From: the human T2T-CHM13v2.0 reference genome, Homo sapiens
DNA: 64,000 nt
Assembly: GCF_009914755.1 (NCBI RefSeq)
Contig: NC_060941.1
Strand: one strand, 5' to 3'
Shown here: positions 1 to 17,594 of the stretch, piece after piece
Numbering within the stretch: position 1 is the stretch's first letter
Layout: every line of letters begins with the position of its first letter
Notes under the pieces: generated by a model
The model's input: the letters and a program-made list of their open reading frames with translations, nothing else
What the model was told of the DNA's origin: nothing
The model's database searches: none
Translations under genes and position numbers: made by a program

Positions 1-106
1 GCATTCCATGTTGTATATGTACCACATTTTCTTTATCCACTTGTTGGTTGATGGGCACTTCGGTTGGGTCCATATCTTTGCACTTGCGACTCGTGCTTCT
101 ATAAAC
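1..106 (-). mobile_element. L1 3' fragment
   Basis: cattccatgttgtatatgtaccacattttctttatccac...gatgggcac matches the antisense L1 3' region. Confidence 0.75.
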
Positions 107-206
107 ACCAGCATCGCATCTCACAGTACACAGGCTGCTCTCTCTTCAGTTAATTGCCTGGTAATCATGTGGCCTTCTTTATAATGTTTTATCCCAAATA
201 ACTTCC

Positions 207-514
<308 letters not shown>

Positions 515-894
515 TATCCCAAATAACTTCCAACTGATTTGGGAACACGTTTTCTCAGCTCGAGTGCCACCACTTAATGAATGTTAAAATGACTCTTACG
601 GGACTTAAAAAAGATTGTAAATTGAAGTAAAAATCAATGATATAGTAACAGTTTTATGGTCTAATGGATGATAGACACTTCAGTTTGCCAATAAGGCTCC
701 CCCACCAAACCACAAGAGCTTAAACCCAGCTGACAATTCACTCAGCTCAACAGGTCGGAAATTATGTGACTATCAATGCATTTTGTTCATTGCAGGGGAA
801 GGAGGAGGAGATGAGTCCCGTTATTTCTAAAGCTGAGTATAAAAAGAAATGTTATTCATATTTCTATCACAGTATTTAAATTTTGCATAATTTA

Positions 895-1203
<309 letters not shown>

Positions 1204-2050
1204 ATTAGCAAAGCCTTCAACCTCACTGTAGTAGAAAGTATGATAGAAGCCCAGGAGATGAACAGATCGCTTTCTGTGAAAAAGGCGATTCTTACAGACA
1301 CCCAGCTGGTCCCGGCAGGCTGGTTGTTTGTAGAAGAGCCATCATTTCTTCTGCTTGGTCAACAAACACAAAAACCTTAGTGTCCCCTGGGCTCAAAAAG
1401 AGAATAGTAATAGTAGCCTTTACCCCAGACTATCCAGAGTAAATGGTCCGATTTCAGTATCTTCTGGAATGTGCTAAGGCAACATAGAGAAAAAAAGCTC
1501 CTGGACCTCCGACTTAGCTGCGGGACCCTGCCAGGGCTGCAGCTCCCATCCTCCCCAGACAAGGCAAGCCTCAGAATGAGGCGACAACAGCAGCTGGTCT
1601 GGAGCAGGCCAGGGCAGAGCTGGTTTCGGGAGCCCTGCAGAAACTCTCCAAGGACAGAAGACTGATTAACTAACTAGAATGCTAATCGATTAGTAAGCAG
1701 AGAGAAACGGAGCCACCAAACACACCCAACTACTTGTGTTCATTATTCATTAGTCGCCAGGAAGAAGTCTCTTTGGAAAACAAAAGAGCCTTTGGGGGTG
1801 CATTGCGCTGAGTCCAAGTGAGTTGTAAGCTCCTTTGGATAAGGTCACATTCAGATGTGTAGTTTGTGGTTGAAGTGGGGAACCTGCCAAGTCAGAATAT
1901 GCTTGCCAGCTGTTCAGGAGCCCCCTCTTCTGGACACCGGTGGAAACACACTTTCCTTCCAATGTTCCCCCAAATCCTAGCTCACTCGTGGTCATGACAT
2001 CCGTGTTCTTCATTTCAACCTTCTGTAATAAAGTCAGGGTTTGAAAATTA

Positions 2051-2367
<317 letters not shown>

Positions 2368-2926
2368 TGATAACAGGATGGACCCATTCCTTCCTAATAT
2401 ACAAAGGTCTTTTATTTCAGGAGCAGGTTATAGACATAATTACCTGTTCATTGACTACCTGTTATTATTTCAATATTATCTTTTATAGTCTTTATATTGA
2501 TTAGTGAGAGAAAAAGTAAAGAATATTTTCTCCAACTTGCAGGTGAGGAAACTGAGATGTATTAAAGTTAAGTAATTGTACCACTTTCAAAAATTTGTCT
2601 TATCTTCCAAGACTATACCCTTAACTTCCTGATTCAGTGTGTCCAAATCATGCAATACATGCTTTGGGTTCCAACTCTGGGAAGTGTTCCAGTTAGGTGG
2701 ATAACCCTTCCCATAATAAGTAAAGTGTCCTTATTTCAAAAGGTGTTACTTCCTGATCTTTCATCGGTATTTGGCAGGCAGGCGAGAGGGTGTTCAGCAG
2801 GCAGATAGGCAAGGTTTATCTTACTTTCAGCTCAAAGCAACAAATAACCACATTCTAGATTTTCAAAGAAAATCTTAGTTTTATCTTAGTTTATGTCATT
2901 AATAAGTCGACTTATTAAGTGTTTAA

Positions 2927-3268
<342 letters not shown>

Positions 3269-3652
3269 ATGAAAGAACTTTCTACAAGTAGTCTCAAGAT
3301 CAGAATGCAACCTTTGTTAGGTCATCAGTTGGTTTTAGGTTAGGAGAATGCACTCATTGAAACACAGGATTACATTTTGCTGTACTCCAGAAAGGAAAAA
3401 CTCTGGAGCTGCTTCTAAGATTCAACATTCCCTGTCTAAGGAGTGTCCTTCCAGTGTGATACATTTGCAATGGATTTGTTCATTAGCAACGTTAGTGTCC
3501 TAGGAGCTCTTTGTACATCATGCCTTTGCTATATTATATTTCTGAGATCCAAGAATGGCCATCAGACAAAACTGCCTCACAACGTGTCCATGATGCAAAA
3601 TCATTCTCAGCCATCACCTAAAGCACATGCAATTTCCTCATCCTCTTTGCAG

Positions 3653-3906
3653 TCCAAATCCTTGGGTGACAGTAAGAACCGCCACAAAAAGCCCAAGGAC
3701 CCCAAGCCAAAGGTGAAGAAGCTTAAATATCACCAGTACATTCCCCCAGACCAGAAGGCAGAGAAGTCCCCTCCACCTATGGACTCAGCCTACGCTCGGC
3801 TGCTCCAGCAACAGCAGCTGTTCCTGCAGCTCCAAATCCTCAGCCAGCAGCAGCAGCAGCAGCAACACCGATTCAGCTACCTAGGGATGCACCAAGCTCA
3901 GCTTAA
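3653..3906 (+). CDS. MYOCD: Myocardin coding exon: basic (SRF-binding) region and glutamine-rich domain
   Basis: Acceptor tcctctttgcag|TCC and donor AA|gtaagt. Translates SKSLGDSKNRHKKPKDPKPKVKKLKYHQYIPPDQK...QQQQLFLQLQILSQQQQQQQH, the hallmark myocardin/MRTF B1+Q region. 254 nt, ends in phase 2. Confidence 0.97.
3845..3865 (+). repeat. MYOCD: Coding (CAG)6CAA polyglutamine tract
   Basis: Read directly. Encodes Q7. Confidence 0.95.
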
Positions 3907-4099
3907 GTAAGTCCGGCAAGGCTGGGAGGGTGGCTGTGGGCAGAGGTTGGGAAGGGTGTCTATTAATATCTATCTGCCAGCACCATGGGGCCTAGCAAGT
4001 CCTGTATTGCACCATTTCCTCATCCAGTATGTTTGGAAGGTGACTCAATTTAGAAACTATGCACACCTTTTCAGAGCCGTAAGACTGGGAGGAAGCAAA

Positions 4100-4436
4100 T
4101 ACAGGGCCCTCTATATCTGCAGATGTATTCCAAACCCTCATTGGATCCCTGAAACCTCAGAGAGTACTGAACTCTACATATACTGTATTTTTCTTAGGCA
4201 TATATACCTGTGATAAGGTTTCACTTATAAATTAGGCACAGTGAGAGAATAACAATAATAGCTAGCAATAATGTAGAACAATTATAGCAAGATACTGTAA
4301 TAAAAGGTATCTGGATGTGGTGGTTTCTCTCTCAAAATAACTTATTGTACTGGACACAACTATTTTTGAACTGCAGTTGACCTCAGGTAACTGAAATCTT
4401 GTAAAGTGAAACTGCCAATAGGTGGAGGGACTGCTA
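4100..4436 (-). mobile_element. MER44-like (TcMar-Tigger) DNA transposon fossil
   Basis: Minus strand tttcagttacctgaggtcaactgcag...cagtacaataagttattttgagagaga...tgtgcctaatttataa resembles MER44. Confidence 0.75.
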
Positions 4437-4581
4437 TAAATCAATGCCCTTGATAAGAGGCCCCTTTGGGGAAAAGGAAAGTATTAGCACTTTCAAGTTG
4501 GACTATGGAAAGTCTAAGAATGTGATATTGGAATTATGAGCAATTCCGATGCCCTTCTGCTTTTAGAAGGAACAGGGCTGA

Positions 4582-4978
<397 letters not shown>

Positions 4979-5388
4979 AGGTCACCCTTTAAATTGTCAA
5001 TATCCCCACATATAAAGTTGAGATGTAGATTCCTCCTGTGTCATCCTCAGACTATATACTAGCAATTATGCTGAGCACTAAACGCAACCAAGCTTCACCA
5101 GGTGTGTTTGGCCTCCCCAGGACAGAGCATCAGCTGAATCACAGGTGGATGTGTCCTCTTTCATATGCCAAAGTCCCTGCCACTCCCTCTTATCTCCCTA
5201 AACAAAGTTCAGATGTCACGCACCGCTTACCGTCTAGCCGGCAGTGTTGTTTTTCCTCACCCTGGTCTCTTCTGCTGGTTTATTACATGCCTGACCCTTG
5301 CAGGCAATCACTTTGGGATCCGATCTAAATGCAAGTTATCCCACCAATATTTGATTGTACTTGAAATGCCTCTTTGTTTGTTTTTTAG

Positions 5389-5542
5389 GGAACCAAATGA
5401 ACAGATGGTCAGAAATCCAAACTCTTCTTCAACGCCACTGAGCAATACCCCCTTGTCTCCTGTCAAAAACAGTTTTTCTGGACAAACTGGTGTCTCTTCT
5501 TTCAAACCAGGCCCACTCCCACCTAACCTGGATGATCTGAAG
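5389..5542 (+). CDS. MYOCD: Myocardin coding exon leading into the SAP domain
   Basis: Acceptor tttgttttttag|G completes the Lys codon AA+G. Translates EPNEQMVRNPNSSSTPLSNTPLSPVKNSFSGQTGVSSFKPGPLPPNLDDLK. Donor AAG|gtatag. 154 nt. Confidence 0.96.
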
Positions 5543-5711
5543 GTATAGGATTTGACATGAGTTTCTTTCTTTTTTTAAACAAATACAACAGTATGTTGTT
5601 AACATCACCAGGACCAACTGATATCTGGAGTAAGAGAGTGGGAGGGGAAGAAGACTGTAGGAAACACTGAAGGAGGTGACAGAATTTATCCTGCTGTGGT
5701 TGAACACCCCA

Positions 5712-5895
5712 GTTGTCTAGTCCATTTTATGCAGCCGTAACAGGATACTGGAAACTGGGAAATTTGAAAAGAAAAGGAATTTATTTCTCACAGTTCTAGA
5801 ACTGAGAAGTCCGAGGACATGGCACCAGTATCTGGCAAATGCCATCCCATGGTAGAAGGGCAGAAGGTGGAAGGGCAAGAAAGGGCAAGAGCCCT
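5712..5895. mobile_element. MaLR (MST/MLT1-like) LTR fragment
   Basis: gaaaaggaatttatttctcacagttctaga...gaagtcc...atggcacc...atctgg is typical of MaLR LTRs. Confidence 0.65.
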
Positions 5896-6158
5896 TTCTT
5901 TTGAGATAGAGGGAAAAGACAAACTTTATGTTTATTTTACCATAGCAAAAAATAATTTTTAAGTAGGCTATTTCTAGATAAGAGTAAGACAGGAGACAAG
6001 TGAGACAGGAGATGCTTTAGCCAAAGAGAAACATGATCCAGATATGATAGTGCCATCTGTCAGACCCCTCAAAACCCACTTTTGGGAGGCTGAGGCAGGT
6101 GGATCCCTCTAGATACACATGCTCAGAATCATTGGCTGGTGAGAGTTACGGTAATTAG

Positions 6159-6641
<483 letters not shown>

Positions 6642-7358
6642 TGATAGGCAGTTTAACCAGCTTATGAATGACAAAACTGAGGCTTAAAGCTAAGTAACTT
6701 ATTTCAAGGGCTTTGCTATTGTATGAGACGTGAGTGGAAAGAGAGAGATGGGCAGGAGAGAACGTGGCTGGACTTGACCACTCACTGTGTGTATGGGGAG
6801 AGGCGCCATCTGAGTCTTGGGAGAGTGACATCAATGACAGAAAGAGGGAGAGTAGAATGAGGAGTTGATGTGAAGGGACAGTGGCAAGTTCATTCAGTTT
6901 GGGAAAGTCAAGTCGCGGGTACCAGCAGGACAACTGAGAGAAAAGTCATCCATTTCCATCAGTAAGAATTAGCCAGGCTGTCTTGTCAGGGGTGGGAAAA
7001 GAAATTTCAGAATCATGTGCGATGTGTGGAGCATTGAACCTAGAAGGGTGAATGAGATTGACAAAGAACAAAATGGAAAGAGTGAGAAGGAAAGAGAGAA
7101 GAGGAATGAAGGAGGCATATGATGCAACCACAATTGAGGAAAGGGAGAAATAAGAGGAATGGATGAAGGTGACCCCGCTAATAGTAATCAGAAAGGTCAT
7201 ATAATGAAGGTGACATTTGCAAGCAATTTTCATGTTTTGCTACACAAAAGGAAAAGAACACTGAGAGAAAAGTCTTTGATTTCTTTTTGAAAAGTTCATG
7301 GTTATATATCACAGTATGTGGATAATTTTTTGGATCCTATTTAAAAAAAAAAAAAACT

Positions 7359-7701
<343 letters not shown>

Positions 7702-8720
7702 TTAAAAAACTGAGAGAATACCTTATTGATATTAAGAAATAATAATTCATATTTTAAGGTGTGATAATGTTATTATATTATGGCTTTTTAAGAGTACTTA
7801 TCTTTCAGAGATAGAGACCAAATTATTTGGATGAAATTATGTATGCTTTGCTTCAAAATAATTCAGGAAAGGTAGGAGAAGTGGGTTGGAGTATAGAAGA
7901 AACAAGATTGGGCATGAGTGATAATTGTTGAAGTTTGTTGATGAGTATATGAGGTTCATTAGACTTTCTATCTACTTTTGTGTATGTGTGAATTTTTCCA
8001 TAATAGTTTAAAAAGTTATTAGTGATGAAAACACTAGTGAATGTAGGGAAGAGATGTATATAAACCTTTGTCCTGAACAAGCGCATACAGTGTAATATTC
8101 TGAAGTTTAAGGTAAATTAAACTCAACTGTATTCATTTTTAGAATATGAGCTACATTATTTAATAATGTAGTTAAATTATTCAGTGGCAAGACAGATTCT
8201 AAAAATAAATGTAGAACTCATCAATTTTAAGTAATTCAAAATTAAAACAATAATGAGTTGCCATTTTGTACTTTTTCAAACCAGCAAATCTAAAAGAAAA
8301 TGATAAAACAATTCCAGCAAGACTGTAGGGTAAATAAATAATTGCTAATGTAAGTTAATTCAATCCTTTCCTTTTAGCTGATTATAAAGTAACATATATT
8401 GACTGTTGAAATATGATAGTGTGTAGAAAAGTAAACAGTATTTTGAAAGATAAGACTAACAGAAAGCAGATTATATTTCCTTCTAGGTTTAAAATGCATA
8501 TAAACATTTTGTTTTAAAATAATTGTCTTGAAAAAATTACGTGCACATAAATTACTGGCATACTTCTTTTCTTAACACATCGTGAACATTTTTCATAACT
8601 GTTAATATTCAATAAATTTTTTATTTTTAATAGCAGCATATCACTTCACCACCTAGTTAACATTCCACTGCTGGACACTTCACTAGCTACCAGATTTTTG
8701 CTATTCAAAACGTGATTTCA

Positions 8721-9238
<518 letters not shown>

Positions 9239-9297
9239 GATTTCAGTGATCTTTGTGCCTACATTTATTAGTTTCTCTGATTATTTCCTCAGGCTAG

Positions 9298-9633
<336 letters not shown>

Positions 9634-9707
9634 TAAAGTTTTTGATACATATTAAAATTTCTGCCGTGAACATTTATGTGTCTGTTCCCAGAAGCAGCAA
9701 GTCGAAG

Positions 9708-9868
9708 CAGCACTTCTCAAACATTAATGTGTGAACTGAATCACCTGAGCTCTTGGTAGCATGAAGATTCTGATTTAGGTCTGGGGAGGGGCCCAAGATT
9801 CTGCATTTCCAACTAGCTCCCAGGCGATGCTGATGTTGCTTGTCTAAGGACCATACTTTGAATAGCAA
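9708..9868. mobile_element. MER5A (hAT-Charlie)
   Basis: cagcacttctcaaac...gaatcacctg...ggcccaagattctgcatttc...ggaccatactttgaatagca. Confidence 0.75.
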
Positions 9869-9885
9869 TGTAATAAAGAGCTTTA

Positions 9886-10200
<315 letters not shown>

Positions 10201-11054
10201 TTAATTTTTGCCGCTACTTAACTAACACAAAGTCTTCTTATTCATTTGCCAACTTAATCAATACAAATAGATATATATTCATTAGATTTTCATTTCTTGG
10301 ATTACTAATGATGATATACATACATTACTGTCCATATTTTAAATTTTATTTCGTTTCTGAAAAGCTGGATCATATATCCCTTGCTCATTTTTATACTGGG
10401 TATCAATCTTCTTTTTAATCAATTAGCACACTTGATACATTGAGCTTTTTAACACTTTATTATTTGTGTCACAATTCATTTTTCCCAAGATAGCTATTTG
10501 TATTTGCGCTTTGTAGTTTCTTGACTTACAGAAGTTTTAAATTTTGTTTTCAATATTTTTCTCAAACTATCTTTTCCTACAGAGTATCAGAATATTTCCC
10601 TATAGTCTTCTGTTTTATGAAATTATTGACATTTAGGTATTTAATATGTTTCCTGTTTTAATTACAAACGTAATACGTTTATGTGGCATATTTAGAACAT
10701 ACAGATAAGGAGAACCGTTGTTAACATTTTAGCATATTTTTATCTGGATTTTTCATATGCAAACATAGGTTCAAATATATATATGTATATATATATATAC
10801 ATACATTGTTTATATAATTTTTAGAAAAATAGTCAATTCAAACTTTGTTCACTTGTTACTATACCACAACAATTAATCATCCAATGTCAGCAAATATTTA
10901 TAGCATCAGCTTTAATGGATCTGTAGTGTCCCATCATTTGCATACACTATCATTTACCTAACCACTTCTCATATTTGTAGATATTTAGAGTTTCCAGTTT
11001 ATGAACATTATAAAAAATACAGGGATAAGATAATTACAAGTGAATTAACATAAT

Positions 11055-11260
11055 AATATTAGTAAAACTTTATATTGCACAACAATTTGCCAGGCACTAT
11101 TCCAAGTGCTTTATACATTTTAAGCCATTTTAACCCTCACAAAAATGCATAAAGTAAGCATTATTTCCTCCATTTCCCAGAAGGGAAACTGAGGCACGGA
11201 GTGATTGATCACTGAGTTAGTAACAGACAGGGCCAGGAGTTGAACTGATGGTCTTATCGC
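11055..11260 (-). mobile_element. MIR
   Basis: gccaggcactattccaagtgctttataca...gggaaactgaggcac core. Confidence 0.7.
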
Positions 11261-11331
11261 CGCATACTCTCTCAGTATACGACTATTATTCAGCTGGTCA
11301 TTACAATTAGGACATAAACGTTTATATGGAG

Positions 11332-11478
11332 CCGTGGTTCTCAAAGTCAGGTCGGGGCACCACCTGAGGACTTGTTAGAAATGCGTATCAACTGGGTCAG
11401 AAACCCCACAGTGGGGCCCTGCAGTCTGCTTTGTAACACACCCTCCAGTGGTTCTGGCGCATGTTCAGGTTTGAGGAA
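11332..11478. mobile_element. MER5A-like
   Basis: gtggttctcaaagt...cacctgaggacttgttagaaatgc...ccctccagtggttctg. Confidence 0.65.
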
Positions 11479-11911
11479 GAGAACGTGGTAGGAAGAGCCC
11501 TCACCAAGGAAGCCAGAAAAGCTGCAGACTTTGCTGTACTTCAAGACTATTGTTGGAGGGCTTGTGTCTAAACCCAGGCAGATATGTTTTCTCATCTATA
11601 AAATGGGGACACAGATCGCCATGAGGGATGACGGGCAGTAGATTAGATGACTTCTACCATTCATTCAAGCTCTACATTTCTATGACTCTAAGGCCATGAA
11701 AACACCGTATACGATAAAGTTAAAAATAATTGTTAAAATTGTGCAGAACTGATTTATATCAGGGGTAGGAGAGGAAATCGGAAAGAAGTATAAAAAAGAG
11801 GTGGGTATTGTAGAATTCCATTTGTGATGTTTTGAAGCTAATTGTATAATGAATACACTTTTAAAAATATTGTCGTTAAACAGCACACTAACCACATTCT
11901 GATTTCTTTAG

Positions 11912-12844
11912 GTCTCTGAATTAAGACAACAGCTTCGAATTCGGGGCTTGCCTGTGTCAGGCACCAAAACGGCTCTCATGGACCGGCTTCGACCCTTCCA
12001 GGACTGCTCTGGCAACCCAGTGCCGAACTTTGGGGATATAACGACTGTCACTTTTCCTGTCACACCCAACACGCTGCCCAATTACCAGTCTTCCTCTTCT
12101 ACCAGTGCCCTGTCCAACGGCTTCTACCACTTTGGCAGCACCAGCTCCAGCCCCCCGATCTCCCCAGCCTCCTCTGACCTGTCAGTCGCTGGGTCCCTGC
12201 CGGACACCTTCAATGATGCCTCCCCCTCCTTCGGCCTGCACCCGTCCCCAGTCCACGTGTGCACGGAGGAAAGTCTCATGAGCAGCCTGAATGGGGGCTC
12301 TGTTCCTTCTGAGCTGGATGGGCTGGACTCCGAGAAGGACAAGATGCTGGTGGAGAAGCAGAAGGTGATCAATGAACTCACCTGGAAACTCCAGCAAGAG
12401 CAGAGGCAGGTGGAGGAGCTGAGGATGCAGCTTCAGAAGCAGAAAAGGAATAACTGTTCAGAGAAGAAGCCGCTGCCTTTCCTGGCTGCCTCCATCAAGC
12501 AGGAAGAGGCTGTCTCCAGCTGTCCTTTTGCATCCCAAGTACCTGTGAAAAGACAAAGCAGCAGCTCAGAGTGTCACCCACCGGCTTGTGAAGCTGCTCA
12601 ACTCCAGCCTCTTGGAAATGCTCATTGTGTGGAGTCCTCAGATCAAACCAATGTACTTTCTTCCACATTTCTCAGCCCCCAGTGTTCCCCTCAGCATTCA
12701 CCGCTGGGGGCTGTGAAAAGCCCACAGCACATCAGTTTGCCCCCATCACCCAACAACCCTCACTTTCTGCCCTCATCCTCCGGGGCCCAGGGAGAAGGGC
12801 ACAGGGTCTCCTCGCCCATCAGCAGCCAGGTGTGCACTGCACAG
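11912..12844 (+). CDS. MYOCD: Myocardin large coding exon: SAP domain, Ser-rich region, leucine zipper/coiled coil
   Basis: Acceptor gatttctttag|GTC. VSELRQQLRIRGLPVSGTKTALMDRL is the SAP motif and DKMLVEKQKVINELTWKLQQEQRQVEELRMQL is the zipper. Donor CAG|gtaaga. 933 nt, phase 0/0. Confidence 0.97.
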
Positions 12845-13029
12845 GTAAGAGCACCTTGCGCCATGCCTGGTGCACACTTCTTTCTGGAAGTGGGTTACAA
12901 ATTTTCAACTGCTAAAGAGCTAATGTCAGAATTTTCAATGGGAAGGGTTTACCAAAAGCATAGCAGAATCTCCCAGACACTACAATCCTTGAATACTCAT
13001 GGTAGACCAAACTCACTCATCCTCTAAGG

Positions 13030-13253
13030 CAGGGGTTGGCAAACTTACTCTGTAAAGGGCGAGATGGTAAATATTTTTTGCTTTGCAGGTCACACTGTCT
13101 GTGTCATACCTACCCAATTTTGCCTTTGTTTCACAAAAGCAGCCATAGATATCATGTGAGCAAATGCACATGGCTCTGTCCCAATAAAACTTTATTTTAA
13201 AAAATAGTCAGTGAGCAAGACTTGGCTTGTGGGCTGCAGTTTGCTGACCGCTG
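13030..13253. mobile_element. MER58A (hAT-Charlie)
   Basis: Terminal inverted repeats caggggttggcaaact ... agtttgctgaccgctg, internal ccaataaaactttatt. Confidence 0.8.
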
Positions 13254-13509
13254 TTCTCAGGATTCCCAGGATTCCTCGGTGTCCAACCTTATCATAGGCC
13301 AAACCAATGCCTCAAAGGTTTAAAGGGGAAATCATCAGATCTTACTCTTCATGTAATGGTCTGCATAGTGCAAACATTTACTGAGCACCTACTATGTGCC
13401 AGGCCCCGTTCTCATCTCTGGGACTTAGTGCTGAACTAGCCAAACAAAAATTTCTATTCTCATGGGAACAGAGACAGTTTAAAAGTAAATTAAACAATTT
13501 CAAAGTTAA

Positions 13510-13899
<390 letters not shown>

Positions 13900-14826
13900 G
13901 GAAATTTGCAACTTTAAATAGAAGAGCCAGGGACGTTTAGCAAAACCTTGAAAGCAGTAAAAAGAAAATGTCGTGGATATTTGGGGTGAAGGCATTGAAG
14001 GCAAACGAGAAATAGCACTTGCAGAGGCCCTGAGGTTGGAACTTGTAGGGACTGTTCAAGGATCAGAAAAAGGGCCAGTGGCCGGAGCAGAATGGAAGTG
14101 GTCATAGGAGATGGCTTAGAAGACTCACTAACTCAAAGACTAGGCAAAAGTGACTGACAAAGACTTTATGCTCATGAGCTGAAGAATTACTAGGAAAGCC
14201 TATATAAGTCAAGTTGAGAAAGGTTACATTATCAAAAGGTTCTGACATCACCATTATTAGAAAAGGAATCAGAAGAAAACTCACATTAACTGAATACCTG
14301 CTAAGTGCCAAGCATTACAAGGCATGTCTATGAGTAATCTCAGTTATTGCCACAAGAAACCTATGAGCTCCAATGTATTATTCTTTATTTGTCATTGAGG
14401 AAAATGAGGCTCAGAGAGCTTAAATTAGTTACCCAGGATCACATGAACCCAAGATTTGTTAATTCTAAGTACAATGCCCTATTCAAGTGGAATATCTCCA
14501 CCCCAAGAATGTGAAGTGTGGCAAAAGGTAACGAGAAGTAATTTTTACAAACCTACAGGAACAATGCATTCCAATGAATGATGTCTACTACCCCTGAGGG
14601 GCACTGTGGGAGAAATTAGGACCTAAAAAACTTATTGTCATAATTAACAAACATTTATTGAGTGTGTAGTGTCCTGGGAAACAAAGGTAAAAATAGCTCT
14701 TGAGACACAGCTCTGGACCAAAAATTTCAGTACTGATGATACTGCTGCTAACGTTGTACAGTGATTTATGGTTCACAAAGACTCTTTGAAGACATTAAAA
14801 ATTTCATGATAAAATGATAAAGAACA

Positions 14827-15410
<584 letters not shown>

Positions 15411-15911
15411 TTAACAATGACTGATCTATGCTTACAACATTAAATGCTGGTGGGAGGGAGGGACAGATTGATTATAAAGGGCTGGAAAGGTCCAGGAAGC
15501 TTTCATGAAGGGGTTGGACTTGACAGGAAGTGTCACGTTAAAAAGTAGAGGGCCAGGAAAGGGACAAGGTAGGGGGATGGAATGTACAGGGCATGCTGCC
15601 GGAGGTCCATGGCGGGAATAGTAGAACTTAAGCTTGCAGAAGTAAATAGCACCAAAGTGTAGAGTCTTGAACACCCATCTGGTTTGAAAGCGGAAATCCT
15701 ATGATGTGGATACCTGGAGCCACTGGAAGTTTCTGAGCAGTAGGTGATGTCTAAAAAGCCAGATTTTAGGCAAGTTCATCTGGTAATGGAATTTAGGAAG
15801 GTTTGTAAAAATGACACCAGGGGACACAGGGCAGGAACCAGAATTGTCAGCAAAGGTCACACTCAAGTAAGCTGCTGCTGGCCATGTAATTTGTCACTTC
15901 TTCCTTTGCAG

Positions 15912-16055
15912 AACTCAGGAGCACACGATGGCCATCCTCCAAGCTTCTCTCCCCATTCTTCCAGCCTCCACCCGCCCTTCTCTGGAGCCCAAGCAGACAG
16001 CAGTCATGGTGCCGGGGGAAACCCTTGTCCCAAAAGCCCATGTGTACAGCAAAAG
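15912..16055 (+). CDS. MYOCD: Myocardin 144-nt symmetric cassette exon (48 aa; the alternatively spliced 'exon 10a/11')
   Basis: Acceptor cttcttcctttgcag|AAC and donor AAG|gtaggc. Translates [48 protein letters not shown]. Phase 0/0, so skipping keeps the frame. 48 aa matches the recalled 938 vs 986 aa isoform difference. Confidence 0.92.
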
Positions 16056-16113
16056 GTAGGCACCTGAAAAAAGGCCTCAACCTGGGATTCACTTTGCCTC
16101 TTCTCTCTTCTGT

Positions 16114-16192
16114 AACCCGGGAGGCAGAAGTTGCAGTGAGCCGAGATCGCACCACTGCACTCCAGCCCAGGTGACAGAGCGAGACTGCATCT

Positions 16193-16226
<34 letters not shown>

Positions 16227-16340
16227 ATAAAATAAAAAAATAAAGAACAATATAGGTTAACAATGACTGATCTATGCTTACAACATTAAATGCTGGTGAG
16301 AGGGAGGGACAGATTGATTAGAAAGGGCTGGAATAGGTCC
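16114..16340 (+). repeat. Local duplicate of 15290-15493 (Alu 3' end plus unique flank)
   Basis: Near-identical GAATAAAATAAAAAAATAAAGAACAATATAGGTTAACAATGACTGATCTATGCTTACAACATTAAATGCTGGTG... in both places. Confidence 0.95.
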
Positions 16341-16974
16341 TCCAAAGTGAAAAATAATGAAGTTCCCTTTCAAGGCAGAAGTAAATTTCATTCTAGAGAG
16401 AAACAAATCCACTCCAAATGCATCTAAAAGGATGTACAGATATGAGTTAGAAGTTTTCCCAAGGAGTCATTTCCTGGGGTCATCCCAGAAATCATGATGA
16501 CTAAAATGGCCATATGTTTGCAAAACAACTTGAACAGTAAACCAGTTTCTGTGAAGTTAAAGATTGGGATCAGGGTGTGTGGGAAACAACATTGGAGGAA
16601 GAGAGAGGGACACAGATCCATGGACAGGATTGGAGAGATGTGCAAAGCAGGGGTCACAGTGCAATATCTTTATGGAAAAGGAAGAGATATCACCCTTCAG
16701 CTGGTGGAAGAAGTCAGGGGTATGAAGGATCCAGGGTATGGAGAGTCTCAAGGGGCAAAGAAGAGGTGGCAGAAAGGAGACAAACAAGATAAGCCTGACA
16801 TAAAAGTGCCACATACCACAAGTCGGAAGGGGCAGAGACCCTGAATTGGGCCAGGCACTCCACAGGAGAACACACTCAAAATAAACAAAGCTGGTTCATA
16901 AAGAGACCTCAGCAATGCCTCCAGCTCTCTGCAAAATACCCAGTTTGGAATAAATGACCTGTGGGGTAGATTAG

Positions 16975-17303
<329 letters not shown>

Positions 17304-17594
17304 TGATCTGTTTGTATTGAATTGGACTGTTACTTATTTTCCCCTAAAATAAGAGGGTGCACCTTAAGGAGGAAAATAGATCTTGCAAGGTTGCCATTCT
17401 AAGACGCCACCACCAATGAACCCACAGTAGCATTCACTACTGTTAATATATGGGAGTTATTTTCTAAGCCCTGGACTTTTCTTTTTTCCTCTTAGATCAA
17501 TTTTTCCAAAATTTAGCCTGTTGTTTCTAGAACAGAAACAACATAATTTCAGATCCATGAATTCAATGCCTTTCTTCATATTTTACCCATGCAG

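Noticed and set aside
3443-3652. N-terminal 70 aa of ORF 3443..3910 (likewise the leading parts of ORFs 5165, 15744 and 22558)
   Set aside because: Intronic sequence upstream of clear splice acceptors. It does not resemble myocardin.
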